A stretch of 64,000 bases of DNA from Nitrosopumilus sp. (GTDB lineage: Archaea; Thermoproteota; Nitrososphaeria; Nitrososphaerales; Nitrosopumilaceae): NCBI GenBank assembly GCA_965206745.1, contig OZ242220.1:256001-320000 (forward strand). Reading direction: 5' to 3'. The position numbers and the translations under genes are program-made. Shown here piece by piece: positions 50,301 through 59,769 of the stretch. Positions within the stretch are counted from its first letter, which is position 1. Every line of letters begins with the position of its first letter. Under the pieces are notes generated by a model that saw only the letters and a list, made by a program, of their open reading frames with translations, was not told the DNA's origin and ran no database searches.

Positions 50301-51194
50301 GAAAAATGGACCATGCTGTGGTCCGAGCATGAGACAGTCTCTGTCCCCCCAAACGAGTCGTCTGCAGTTGACGTCACACTGGTGGTCCCTGGGAATCTCC
50401 AGACCGGTGTGTATCAGGGATTTCTAACCTTTCAAAGTGACAACCACACTGCAAATGCGCCTGTCTCTTTTGTAGTCAAGGAACCCGTAATGGAGAATGA
50501 CTCTACAGTCCTGATCAAAGGAACACAGAGTGACGATGTTCTTTATGGAAACGGCTACGTCAAGGGCGCATTTGACATGGCCAATCGGTACATGGCTGGA
50601 GACTGGAGGCAGTATTATTTTGACATTCAAAACGAATCAATCAACACTGCGGCAATCGAGATATCATGGGTCAGCAATGACACCAACCTCTCTGTCTTTG
50701 TAACGGATCCATCTGGGGAGATCATACAGACCAACGTTCCCTCCGGAGTCTTTGGTCATTTTATGGGATGGGTCTCACTTGATTGGCTGGGCGATTCAGT
50801 CTTCAGCCAGGGCGGGGGCTTCTATCCGGTAAAAAATAAGGACGACACCTCGACTGTCCTCTATGTGCCAATTAACCAGACAGGCACCTATACGCTCTTG
50901 GTGCATTCGACTCTATTTGGTGGCGCATCAACTACGGAACCGATCACACTGGCTGCCAAATTCACAAACATCTCCCCACAAATGACTGACTCTTCTGAAT
51001 CTGCTGGTATCGAGATTAAACCAGCTCCAAGGGAATCTGAAACTCCCCCACCTCCGACACCAACCAAGCTTCAAGAACCGATCGCTGTTGCTTCTGACTC
51101 TCAGTTTAATGTGGGAATTGCAGCTGGCATAGCCATCGGATTTGTGATCGGCTTGGTTTTCTTTTTCATCCTTAGACAAAAACCACCTGAATGA
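47382..51194 (+). CDS. membrane-anchored S8 subtilisin-like serine peptidase
   Basis: IVDTGVD, GHGT, SAGNSG, GGTSMAAP; C-terminal TM. Confidence 0.93.
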   Translation: MANNLMMMPKVAIFSLMLLFLPMLGISNALIPVDLKSSSDVPNIPLLDSDIVEINPDFFTENNFKRYLIFGSSSQDSSALKTNSIHGIHSDTGFFYVSLLSETLASNLAEQGYHIIEDFKLDFYSSDEQVPDASRIGNVTGSNLAKAKYDSTGNGTVVAIVDTGVDFSNPDIQHSLARDKINHPIMLDPDGQGIVLTNATFFAYIDEDQIIRNYSKPTPSGMTSSVYVSNQGVFLDVSQGGRGIEIEMYNSFFPQLGASVVFNGTLVDDMKIGEDNRDYIQSKSGVYHLGVIYQGAATGGLARIQAVPVLVVDSFTPGVYDTIIPDLSTSWEDYTRYDLEAGERPDYDFDFTDEKPIVLGSGKEFLVYDSDGDGKNDYSAGTIGAQVLDIYGAIRNNSTDIDEHLNALNGTLLPAFDSDGEFFGIMTDFVGHGTSSAASITSRGQETYDIYNNSKRYSITGVAPDAKIVPVKALYFGDTAFGWLWSAGFDNVGHDWKYSGQPRVDIISNSWGISNFPSFNASPGMDILSIILSVLTTPCSLDDDYSGITMVSSAGNSGHGYGTIGLPNASPFGISVGATTNNVFVGHGPFKDQPRFGNTTDHSNHVVDFSSRGPSSIGDPKPDVMSIGAHGFTPSSILKTAKDSKEESFSMFGGTSMAAPLVSGSVAVLIEEMKKQSKNYDSFAIKNILMSTATDLHNDPFTQGSGLVNIETALNYVHGDDGVFIVYNDASYQNIKNVLEPAIEKVNFTSIGFEQFQMPSRSFPMTSWFAGQISPGDRTTATFTIDNPTNDTITVDISPKTLSLISSTQFDGTTDVHQQDSILNDPDTFIPNYIRLSEINNQDGLMSFFNSDDPIPDESSLMILNLNFKFDDFMNGTSDLYADDLKISSLYLYDWTDNNNDTKITSDELSMINRAGSWGTVQELRVSEPNEKFEGVPLVGIYPVPTRYSYWLGDTRQNSTSMDYTVSASHYQKEKWTMLWSEHETVSVPPNESSAVDVTLVVPGNLQTGVYQGFLTFQSDNHTANAPVSFVVKEPVMENDSTVLIKGTQSDDVLYGNGYVKGAFDMANRYMAGDWRQYYFDIQNESINTAAIEISWVSNDTNLSVFVTDPSGEIIQTNVPSGVFGHFMGWVSLDWLGDSVFSQGGGFYPVKNKDDTSTVLYVPINQTGTYTLLVHSTLFGGASTTEPITLAAKFTNISPQMTDSSESAGIEIKPAPRESETPPPPTPTKLQEPIAVASDSQFNVGIAAGIAIGFVIGLVFFFILRQKPPE

Positions 51195-51236
51195 TTGAAC
51201 AAGGTTTATAAGCAATTTGGCGAGAACGACAGCTGA

Positions 51237-51845
51237 ATGTCTGAACTCGGGACAAAAAAGTCTGACGGATTATCACGAAGAGACTTTCTGAAATTGATTG
51301 GTGCTGCAGGCACTGGGTTGGCTTTTGCTCCCTTTGTTCCGTTTGGCAATTTCATGCCAAATCCCAACCAGGCATCCCTTGAAAGGGTCCCGGCACTTTT
51401 ACCTGATTCAAACGTACAAGCCAACATCAACACCTTCCCGGTTAACCATGCCGAGGTGATCACGTATCCTTCAACCGGCGATCCAGCCCTTGACGCTGAA
51501 GCCTTTCGCAAATGGCAACTCATCAGACTTCCTGAGGAACTGGGTGGCGGAAAAAACGATGTCAGTGCTTTTAGGGCATTCAGTATGATCTGCTTGCATT
51601 TGTGGTGTTTGTGGAAGTATTGGCCAGAGGAGGGCAGAAAGAGAGGCGAATGCCCGTGTCATGGCAGCATGTATGATCCAGTGACTGGAACTGCATTTAT
51701 TGGCCCTGCATCGGTGCAGGCTGCGCCATCAAACACCTTGCCTAAATTGACTTTGGATGTGGATCCAGACGGCATGATCTTTATCCTGCCGCCAAAGTTT
51801 AACGCAAATGATAATGGAGTGATTGGATATGGCCGTTTCGCTTGA
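51237..51845 (+). CDS. Rieske 2Fe-2S subunit of complex III (Tat signal)
   Basis: SRRDFLK, CLHLWC, CPCHGS. Confidence 0.93.
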   Translation: MSELGTKKSDGLSRRDFLKLIGAAGTGLAFAPFVPFGNFMPNPNQASLERVPALLPDSNVQANINTFPVNHAEVITYPSTGDPALDAEAFRKWQLIRLPEELGGGKNDVSAFRAFSMICLHLWCLWKYWPEEGRKRGECPCHGSMYDPVTGTAFIGPASVQAAPSNTLPKLTLDVDPDGMIFILPPKFNANDNGVIGYGRFA

Positions 51846-53430
51846 GAGAAGAACCGGAGTCGTAGCATTCCTTTACTGGCTCTGGGATGGAGTAGACAGG
51901 ACAATCTTTACTGCAATCAAGTTCTCATTTCCTGCCCGGTTTGTGAGTCCGTTTGGATTTTTGGGAATGCTTACATTTATCGTCTTTATCATCCTTGGCG
52001 TTTCAGGCGCGTTGCTGATGTTTTACTATCAGCCAATACTCGATAGGGCTTGGGACAGCGTCCAATTCATCAACGATGACGTCCCCTTTGGTTTCCATAT
52101 TAGAAACATTCACTATCATGGCTCAAATGCCATGGTACTTTTGGCCGTACTCCACATGTACTATCAGTACTTTAGCGGAAGATACAAAATCAGAAACGAG
52201 GTACTGTGGATGACCGGTGTCATTCTTGGTACTGTTACAATTCTTGAGGCATTCACGGGGTACGATGTCATTTTCAGCGAAAGGGCGGAACTTGCAATTA
52301 GTATTGCGGCATCCCTGACAACCTCCATTCCTGTAGTGGGCCCGACAATTCGTGATGCGGCGTTGGGCAGTGGATTTTCGGACTTTGTACTGAGATTCTA
52401 TGCGCAGCACGTGTTCTTGCTGCCCATTGTCATGCTCGGATTAATGGCAGTGCACTTTCCAAGATTCCTGGTATTTGACGTGCCAATGGTCATGGCAATA
52501 GGCGGCGCCATTTTGATTACGGGAGGCGTCTTCCCAATTGACCTGGGATTCAAGTTTGAACCGTCTGTGGCGCCTGGCGTGACTGTACCCGAATGGTATC
52601 TCACTGGAATCTACGCGTTTATGCGGACACAGTACGACAAATTTGTAACTGGCCTGCTGTGGCCGTTGCTGTTTATCGTATCGTTTGTGCTGATCCCGTT
52701 TATAGACAGGTACAAAAAGTTCTCTTGGAGGGACAGGCCCATAATTACCGCATTTGGAATTACCAGTCTTGCCCAAATCATGGTTACAACATACTGGGGA
52801 TTCTATATCACGCCTGACACTGCGCTTCCTTTGGTGGAGAGGCTGGTAATTGATCCAATATTCTTCTATTCGGTACTGATACTGCTAATGCCGCTGGGCT
52901 TTGGATTTACATACATGATGATAAAGTTGGCAAACGAGGCTGAAAGAAAATCAAAACTTGCAAAAAGCAACGGTCCACAAAAGGTGGCTACAATCAACCT
53001 CTCTGAGAAATGGATTAACTGGTTGTTGGTCGCACTTTTGGCATTCCAGGTGTTCTTAAACATTGCAGCATACAATGCCTCCCTGACAGGAATGAAGAAT
53101 ATCTCGCTGTTCTTTGTGGGAATCATACTGTTGGTGTTTGCAGCATTCTTCCATGTGTACCGATACGCAATGAGCCAGCAAAAGAATGCCCCACCTCCGG
53201 CACCTGTACCAGTAGTTGAGGAAAAGCCAAAGCTGGCAGAGCCTGAGACTTTGGAGCACGGCAAGCTTCCAGATGGCCAAACGGCATCTGATGCAAAACC
53301 TGCCCTGCAGGAATTGGCCCCCGAGGTACCAAAGACACAGGCACCAAAGACACAGGCTGATCTGGGCGTTGGCACAAATAAGGATCCGAACATCGGCTCA
53401 GGTGATCTTGACGGAGTGAAAAAACCATGA
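51829..53430 (+). CDS. petB: cytochrome b of complex III
   Basis: RNIHYHGSN..LHM, FTGY, RFYAQH..H, PEWY. Confidence 0.93.
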   Translation: MAVSLERRTGVVAFLYWLWDGVDRTIFTAIKFSFPARFVSPFGFLGMLTFIVFIILGVSGALLMFYYQPILDRAWDSVQFINDDVPFGFHIRNIHYHGSNAMVLLAVLHMYYQYFSGRYKIRNEVLWMTGVILGTVTILEAFTGYDVIFSERAELAISIAASLTTSIPVVGPTIRDAALGSGFSDFVLRFYAQHVFLLPIVMLGLMAVHFPRFLVFDVPMVMAIGGAILITGGVFPIDLGFKFEPSVAPGVTVPEWYLTGIYAFMRTQYDKFVTGLLWPLLFIVSFVLIPFIDRYKKFSWRDRPIITAFGITSLAQIMVTTYWGFYITPDTALPLVERLVIDPIFFYSVLILLMPLGFGFTYMMIKLANEAERKSKLAKSNGPQKVATINLSEKWINWLLVALLAFQVFLNIAAYNASLTGMKNISLFFVGIILLVFAAFFHVYRYAMSQQKNAPPPAPVPVVEEKPKLAEPETLEHGKLPDGQTASDAKPALQELAPEVPKTQAPKTQADLGVGTNKDPNIGSGDLDGVKKP

Positions 53431-53888
53431 GTGCACCTGCATCAAGTCATGCATACGGCATTGGAATGCTTGCAGTGATCATTGGAATGTCTGCATCTCT
53501 CATATTTTACACATCATTTTATCTTCCTGAATCTTTGGAAAAACCCACCGTCGCTGATCACATACTGCATCCTGATGGCAGTCTGATGATAGAGATTGTC
53601 CCCGGCGCAGTAACTGAAGGCAATGAGAACTATGTTCCAAACAAGTCTGAAGTGGTGCTGACCATGAATAATCATGTAATATGGACAAACAATGACGACA
53701 CTGCACATACTGTAACACCTGATAAGAAACATGCTGATAGCTACAGTGGAGAATTTGGTTCTCCTGCTGTTATCAAGGCTGGAGAAACCTACGAATTTCT
53801 ATTCACAGAACCACAAGAGGTTCCCTATCATTGTACGCCTCATCCATGGATGACTGGTACGATTGTTGTGGACAAAAGCAGATTCTAG
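53427..53888 (+). CDS. membrane-anchored type-1 blue copper (plastocyanin-like) protein
   Basis: WTNND..HTVT, YHCTPHPWM. Confidence 0.9.
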   Translation: MSAPASSHAYGIGMLAVIIGMSASLIFYTSFYLPESLEKPTVADHILHPDGSLMIEIVPGAVTEGNENYVPNKSEVVLTMNNHVIWTNNDDTAHTVTPDKKHADSYSGEFGSPAVIKAGETYEFLFTEPQEVPYHCTPHPWMTGTIVVDKSRF

Positions 53889-54235
53889 TTGGAATATTTT
53901 GCAAAGATTATCTGACTTTCAATCTCTTTGTGCTGCTCGATAATTGAGACTCTGAACCTTACTTCGTGCTCCTGCTCTGGCTGAAAACTGATTACTGCGG
54001 TAAACTCTGCCTTGTGCTCCGGCATCACGTCTTTGCTGATAAACAGCCTTGAAACGTTCTGTGATATCTCTTTCCCATTGTATGATCTGTAAATGATGTG
54101 CTCATTTGAGTCTGAAATTGTCGTGTTGATTACTATCCCGTCGTATCTTCCTGGATACGAGACTGTGATGTCCCCTTTGATTTCAGAATCAGGATGAATA
54201 TCCGTTGAATTTAGCCCAAACTCTAAATCTTTCAC
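53885..54235 (-). CDS. hypothetical protein
   Basis: 116-aa beta-rich ORF, stop overlaps cupredoxin stop region. Confidence 0.65.
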   Translation of the reverse strand: MKDLEFGLNSTDIHPDSEIKGDITVSYPGRYDGIVINTTISDSNEHIIYRSYNGKEISQNVSRLFISKDVMPEHKAEFTAVISFQPEQEHEVRFRVSIIEQHKEIESQIIFAKYSN

Positions 54236-54453
54236 AAGAACCTGTTTTTAAATCGGAATAATAGTTTTGTCAAGCGTGTTTAAAGGGCTTTGCGGCGTTT
54301 TATTGATCATCTGATCCTAAAGCGGGACATTCCCAGAATTTTAATAAAAATATTTTTTGACTCACAGTACAAGATTTAGTAGGCAACCTCATACTACATT
54401 GTTCAGATATGAATTAAATACAATGAAACGTCAAATTATGGAGAGGAATATGC

Positions 54454-54999
54454 ATGACAACATTAGTTGATAATTTGGGGATAGTTTGTCTCGCAATTGA
54501 TAGCCACACGCCTGATTTGATGATGGGGAGAACCAAATTACAGAAAATGATCTATTTTACCAAATATTTGAATTGGGATATCGAATCGTATCGACTACAT
54601 TTCTATGGGCCATACTCAAACCAAGTCGCAGATTCATTAGTCATTGCGATAAATGATGATTTTGTAAATGAAACAATTCCAAGCAAAGGCCCACACCAGT
54701 ACGCGTTAACTGAAACAGGAAATAGTTTTCTTGGTGGATTCTCGACTGATGTCGCTGACATGAAAAAAGTAAAAAAGACAAGAGAATTATTTAAAAAACT
54801 TGCAGGATATACTAGAGATCAATTAGAATTGGCAGCAACCATAGATTTTGTTAGTAGCAGCACGCCTACGTTAAATAAAAGACAACTTGTTGAAAAAATA
54901 TCAGCCATAAAAGAGAATTTTTCATCAGAAAAAATACAAGACGCATATACAGTTTGGCAAGACATTGATAAACAAATCAAAGCATTACAAGATAACTGA
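54454..54999 (+). CDS. YwgA/Panacea(DUF4065)-like winged-helix protein
   Basis: GRTKLQKMIYF, YRLHFYGPYS, YALTETG, LELAATI. Confidence 0.65.
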   Translation: MTTLVDNLGIVCLAIDSHTPDLMMGRTKLQKMIYFTKYLNWDIESYRLHFYGPYSNQVADSLVIAINDDFVNETIPSKGPHQYALTETGNSFLGGFSTDVADMKKVKKTRELFKKLAGYTRDQLELAATIDFVSSSTPTLNKRQLVEKISAIKENFSSEKIQDAYTVWQDIDKQIKALQDN

Positions 55000-55196
55000 A
55001 CATTCACACAAATTATCTATCTGTGGTTTGTATGATCATGATGATTCATCGATTCCTTTACGGTTAAGGATGCTTGAAGTCAGAATCATGCAACAAACCA
55101 TTTGCCTGTTCAATGCAGTATACCCATGCCTGTTTCTGCAATTGCCTTCCTGCAATCTGCTTTGCATAAAGTTGGGGATTCTTTGAATGATAAGTA

Positions 55197-55271
55197 TGGG
55201 CCCAAAGGGCTTCGATCCCTTGACTTTTGGATTAGAAGTCCAACACGCTATCCATGCTGCGCCATAGGCCC
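55197..55271 (-). tRNA. tRNA-Arg (TCT)
   Basis: GGGCCTA...TGGGCCC acceptor; TTGGA-CTTCTAA-TCCAA anticodon arm. Confidence 0.93.
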
Positions 55272-55304
55272 AGCAACCTAAAAATTAATTACCATTTTAA
55301 GGGT

Positions 55305-56150
55305 TTACAGCCACTTTTTTTTGAAATTCTCTCTTTCCATTTTGAAAAGAAACTGCTGCGCATATCCTGCATATGCGCCAAAGTAGTCCACAATTTTTTC
55401 ATGAATGACTTCGTATTGTTTTTCAGTAATGGTCTTTGTCTCTAATTGGAATTTGTCTGAATAGTATCTTTCCAATATCCTAATCATCCATCTATCCAAT
55501 GGAAAAGATTCCAATTTGTCTAATGAAAATAACAGGATACAGTCTGCAACCTTGTTTCCTATTCCCGGGATTAGACGCAATTTCTCTTTTGCATCATGGT
55601 AGCTAGATTCCTTCAAGCATTGGAAATCTATTTTTTCTGAGTATGTCATCTTTGCAGCCTCCTTGATGAACTTGGCACGATAACCCACTCTGCAGTCCTT
55701 CAATTCGCTAATTGACGCTTTTGCCAAGATCTCCGGTCTTGGAAATAAAAAAAACTCTTGATTCTCAAATTCAACCCTGTCTCCGAACTTTCTTGATATC
55801 CGCTCCAAACTATTTTTAATTTTTTGAATGTTAGAGTTTGATGAGACGATAAACGAAATCAAGCACTGGAATGGATCCTGCTCCAGCACCCTCAATCCCA
55901 AATACCGCTTTACGGCTTTTCTGGTGACTCTGTCTTTGGAGATCGATCCGATTATCCCCTCCATATCGTCTCTTTTTCTGAAAAAATCCGTCTTCATACC
56001 CTGATATGATTTGAGGCTGCCTGACTTGGATACCCTCAAAATATCCTGTCCATTTACTCCGTACCAGACCCCCTTGTTGTCCTTATTCCAAAGAAATACC
56101 TGGCCGCTATTAATCGAATTTTCGACGTTTATGACAAAGTTATCTTGCAT
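55305..56150 (-). CDS. 8-oxoguanine DNA glycosylase (Ogg1/HhH-GPD family)
   Basis: SGQVF.W, QDPFQCLISFIVSSN, GYRAK, GIG.KVADC..LF, FPLD.W, YAGYAQQFLF. Confidence 0.88.
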   Translation of the reverse strand: MQDNFVINVENSINSGQVFLWNKDNKGVWYGVNGQDILRVSKSGSLKSYQGMKTDFFRKRDDMEGIIGSISKDRVTRKAVKRYLGLRVLEQDPFQCLISFIVSSNSNIQKIKNSLERISRKFGDRVEFENQEFFLFPRPEILAKASISELKDCRVGYRAKFIKEAAKMTYSEKIDFQCLKESSYHDAKEKLRLIPGIGNKVADCILLFSLDKLESFPLDRWMIRILERYYSDKFQLETKTITEKQYEVIHEKIVDYFGAYAGYAQQFLFKMERENFKKKWL

Positions 56151-56151
56151 C

Positions 56152-57417
56152 TTAGATGGATATCTCATCGTTGACTGCAGGTGAGAATGTCTCAAAGCCG
56201 AATTTCTCATGAATCTCCCTGGCAAACATCTCGCAGGATTCTGCATCCCCGTGAACGGTACACACTTTTGGATTTCCCTTGATCTGCTTGATCATATCAA
56301 AGAGCTCCTTTCTGTCTGCATGTCCTGAAAATTGAAATTGCCTGACTTGAGCTTTTACGACAAGATCCTTGCCCCTGGTAGAAACCATTCCGGTATCTAG
56401 CAGTTTCTTTCCCGGCGTACCCTCCCCCTGATAGGAAACCAGGGCAATACCGTTCTTGTCATCAAAGGACAACTCTTGCAAATAATACACTGCATTACCG
56501 CCCACTAGCATTCCAGCCGGCGAGATCACAACACAGGGCTCCCCCATTGCCCGTTTTCTTTCTGCATGTTGCCTTATCGCAGTTGCACTTTTAATTGCCT
56601 CGGAAAATATTTTGGGATCTCTGATATACTCTGGATGCTTGAACATTATCTCATTGACTTTTAGTGCCATCCCGTCCATTATGATCTTGTGTTTAAAGTT
56701 TGAACTTCTCAAGATGCATGCAATTTCCTGAGAACGCTCTACAGAGAATGACGGAATAAACAGTATCCCCTTCCTGTCCATCACCTCGTTTGCAAATTCT
56801 ATCAACTCGTTTTCTGATTCCTTTCTTGGTTTCTGTTCTGTCTTTGCATAAGTGCTCTCGGTGATTAGCAGATCAATCTCCCCAATATCCAAATCCATCT
56901 CCCGAAGCATCCTGGAACCGTTTGTCTTGACATCGCCGGTGTAGAAGAGACGCTTCTTCTCTGATTCCACCAGGACTGTACCTCCGCCAATAACGTGTCC
57001 TGACTCCCTTAACTCAAAAGTTGCGTTTCCCTTGGTAACTTTTTCCTTGAATCCGATCTCCTTGGCGTTTCTCATCATGTTGTTTACCTCAGGCAAGTCA
57101 AACGCATGTGAATTTTTTTCAATCTTTAGCATGTCCTCAATCAGTAACTTTGAGAGGTCAAATGTCGGTGGGGTGGCATACACATCCGTATTTCCACTCA
57201 CAAACAGGGATGGGACATTTCCTGAGTGATCTAAATGGGCATGGGTGATAATTATTGCATCCAAGTCCTTTGGCTTTACGTGGAGCGGGTATTTTGGGGG
57301 TGTGCCTCTTCGCCCAAACATTACGCCATAATCAAGTAGCAGCTTGGTACCGCCACAATTGACCAGAAATCCTGATCGGCCTACCTCGTTTGCCGCACCC
57401 AAAACTTTGATATCCAA
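56152..57417 (-). CDS. beta-CASP metallo-beta-lactamase ribonuclease
   Basis: GAANEVGRS, THAHLDHSG, GHVIG, YTGD, ESTY, FSGHAD, VHGD. Confidence 0.9.
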   Translation of the reverse strand: MDIKVLGAANEVGRSGFLVNCGGTKLLLDYGVMFGRRGTPPKYPLHVKPKDLDAIIITHAHLDHSGNVPSLFVSGNTDVYATPPTFDLSKLLIEDMLKIEKNSHAFDLPEVNNMMRNAKEIGFKEKVTKGNATFELRESGHVIGGGTVLVESEKKRLFYTGDVKTNGSRMLREMDLDIGEIDLLITESTYAKTEQKPRKESENELIEFANEVMDRKGILFIPSFSVERSQEIACILRSSNFKHKIIMDGMALKVNEIMFKHPEYIRDPKIFSEAIKSATAIRQHAERKRAMGEPCVVISPAGMLVGGNAVYYLQELSFDDKNGIALVSYQGEGTPGKKLLDTGMVSTRGKDLVVKAQVRQFQFSGHADRKELFDMIKQIKGNPKVCTVHGDAESCEMFAREIHEKFGFETFSPAVNDEISI

Positions 57418-57530
57418 GAATTAAGATGATTTTTTATCTACGTTAAAACCTTTTTAGAGGCAGTCCGATCATTATACCTGTAGTGGAATCTACAAAAGCT
57501 TTAATTAGTGTAAGCTAAGACTCGATCCTC

Positions 57531-57743
57531 ATGGGAAGAAGTTACGAAGACTGGTTAAAACAGCAAGATCAAGCCGTCGTCGCTAAAACACGTGCCGGCG
57601 ATGAGGCAAACAAACCGCTCCTTAACCAAATTAACTGGATTTGGGTTAGCAATCTGATGAATAAGAAAGCAGACCTTAATCCTTCTTCTGCAGAACTACT
57701 TGACTGGGTAACATCTGGTCAAATAGACGCAATGAGAAAATAA
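57531..57743 (+). CDS. small hypothetical protein (70 aa)
   Basis: TATA-like element upstream, T-rich tract downstream. Confidence 0.7.
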   Translation: MGRSYEDWLKQQDQAVVAKTRAGDEANKPLLNQINWIWVSNLMNKKADLNPSSAELLDWVTSGQIDAMRK

Positions 57744-57885
57744 ACGTGCACAACACGTTATCTTTTTGTTTTTTAATTTCATTAAATGGGGATTCTGCGC
57801 ATGAATTCCTACTCGATCATTTTCATAACAGGGTTATGAATTTGAATCATGGTTTAAATAGGTACCAAGCAATCTAAATGTTGTA

Positions 57886-58188
57886 ATGCCAATAGCAATA
57901 CTACCAGACATTGATGAGCAAAGATGTATCGGATGTGCACTATGTGTAGAAATCTGTACAACTCTTGGTCCCGATGTCCTTAGAGTAAAACCTGTTGAAG
58001 GCTGGAAGAGAGGTAAGGCATTTGTTTTCTACCCAGAAAGATGTATTTCTGATGGTGCATGCATAGGTGTATGTCCAACAAAATCAATCTTTTGGATGAG
58101 ACCAATGAATTACACCGCTGGACAACCAGTACCTCTTCACAAAAACGGTATCTTCATCAAAGGTTGGGCAGAAGACGCCGCCCTATAA
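57886..58188 (+). CDS. 2[4Fe-4S] ferredoxin
   Basis: CIGCALCVEIC and CISDGACIGVCP. Confidence 0.92.
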   Translation: MPIAILPDIDEQRCIGCALCVEICTTLGPDVLRVKPVEGWKRGKAFVFYPERCISDGACIGVCPTKSIFWMRPMNYTAGQPVPLHKNGIFIKGWAEDAAL

Positions 58189-58196
58189 GCAGCATC

Positions 58197-58225
58197 TTTT
58201 AGCACATTCTTTTTTCTTATTTTTG
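58197..58225 (+). terminator. oligo-T terminator after ferredoxin
   Basis: T-rich tract (ttcttttttcttatttttg) just after the stop codon. Confidence 0.45.
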
Positions 58226-58226
58226 A

Positions 58227-59756
58227 TTACGCAAGAGATTTCCTCTTGATCCCTTTTGGCAGACTCTTTACAAAATGCCTGATGAACCTGTCTTCCTTAT
58301 CGTAATGTATCTCTGAAAATTTGTTGTTTGCAAAGAAATTATTCCATGTCTCTTCAAATGCGGGAGAGTCCTTTGGTTCAAAGTCTAGTCGGGACGTTTC
58401 ATGATGTGCAGCTGGAAAGATATCGGAGATCTCAATTGGTATTAGCCCTAACAGTGGATTGTATTGGCAGACTTGGAATGATTCAAAGTCCTTGATCCTC
58501 TTTTTTAGTCCGGCGTACTGAGCAGAAAGATATCCTGGCTTTGTACTGGACTCCTTGGTTATGATCACTCTCTCTTTTCCTGATTTGAAATTTCTGACTA
58601 TCTTGTGGAATGACTGAACCTCTGGCCTGTATTGATCCTCTTTGCTGAATAGGAAGATGGCTCTTTCCTTGAATTTCGGAGTGCCCATGCTGAGGAATTC
58701 CTGGTTTTCAGTCATTACTTTGATCATCTCAAATAATTTCGGGTGGGCCCTTGCTTTCTTTATCACATATTCCCACAGTCTTCCCTCATGGATTGCCTGT
58801 CTTACTTTGTCCACCTCCAGTTTAATCGCATACAGGTTATGGATTGCCAGCTCGTTGATCTTTTCGGTAGCCTCCAACTGACTGAACTCCTCAGGGGTGT
58901 ATTTTGAGCATATTTCACAGTTGCATGGGAACACTGAGATATCTGATAAATACCTGGTACCGTCATCTGTGATGTATCTTAGCTGCTTTGCATATAGCAT
59001 GTATGATGCTGAATCAAACGTGTCACAGCCCAGTGCCACTGCAAACGGTATTGTCAGGGGGTGCCCTGCACCAAAAAGATGCAGTGGAATTGAATGCGGC
59101 ATCTGTTTTTTTGCAGCCACTATCATCTGTGCCAACAGCCTGTACTCATAGGATTCCATAAACTCCACCGGACTTCCAAGTGCAAGCATCTGAAAACCCA
59201 TATCCACTAGGCTCTTTGTAGACTTTCCAACCAAATCAAAATGCTCTCCTCCCTGAATGGGCCCAATCCAGATCTGGCCGTTGTCTGCCCTTCCATCAAG
59301 AGTCTCTTTTGAAACTTTCAGCGTATGTTTTACATATTCCTCTGCCTTTTTGATTGGCATTCCATATCCTGTCGGTTTGTCCAACGGAATGGCAAAGTCA
59401 GTCAGAATTCCTTTCTCAAAATTTGCCATCTCCGATGGCGAGACTTTGAGATCCCCGTATTCAAGAACCTGGTATCCTCCAGAGTCTGTCATGACCCCGC
59501 CGTCAAAATCAATTATCCTGTGAATTCCCTTCTCAATGGCATCATCCCCATAGCTGTTTCTTGTTATGTACGCATTAGTAATTACCAAATCAAAACCCAT
59601 CTCTCGGATTTTTTTAGACGGAATTGTCTGCTTGACAGGATGAATGACAGGAACATATGCTGGGGTTTGAATCTTGCCGTGATTGGTATAAAGCGTGCCG
59701 ATTCTTCCAGCCAAATCCGTTTTTGAGATCTCAAACAAGTAACTAACCAAATTCAA
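58227..59756 (-). CDS. tgtA: archaeosine tRNA-guanine(15) transglycosylase
   Basis: TPAYVPV, MTDSGGYQ, PIQGG, HLFGAGHP, DTFDSASY, CNCEIC, HNL. Confidence 0.95.
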   Translation of the reverse strand: MNLVSYLFEISKTDLAGRIGTLYTNHGKIQTPAYVPVIHPVKQTIPSKKIREMGFDLVITNAYITRNSYGDDAIEKGIHRIIDFDGGVMTDSGGYQVLEYGDLKVSPSEMANFEKGILTDFAIPLDKPTGYGMPIKKAEEYVKHTLKVSKETLDGRADNGQIWIGPIQGGEHFDLVGKSTKSLVDMGFQMLALGSPVEFMESYEYRLLAQMIVAAKKQMPHSIPLHLFGAGHPLTIPFAVALGCDTFDSASYMLYAKQLRYITDDGTRYLSDISVFPCNCEICSKYTPEEFSQLEATEKINELAIHNLYAIKLEVDKVRQAIHEGRLWEYVIKKARAHPKLFEMIKVMTENQEFLSMGTPKFKERAIFLFSKEDQYRPEVQSFHKIVRNFKSGKERVIITKESSTKPGYLSAQYAGLKKRIKDFESFQVCQYNPLLGLIPIEISDIFPAAHHETSRLDFEPKDSPAFEETWNNFFANNKFSEIHYDKEDRFIRHFVKSLPKGIKRKSLA

Positions 59757-59769
59757 AGGCGCTATTTAA

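Noticed and set aside
54282-54290. aaagggctt matching the tRNA-Arg T-arm as a possible att remnant
   Set aside because: Only 9 bp; could easily be chance.
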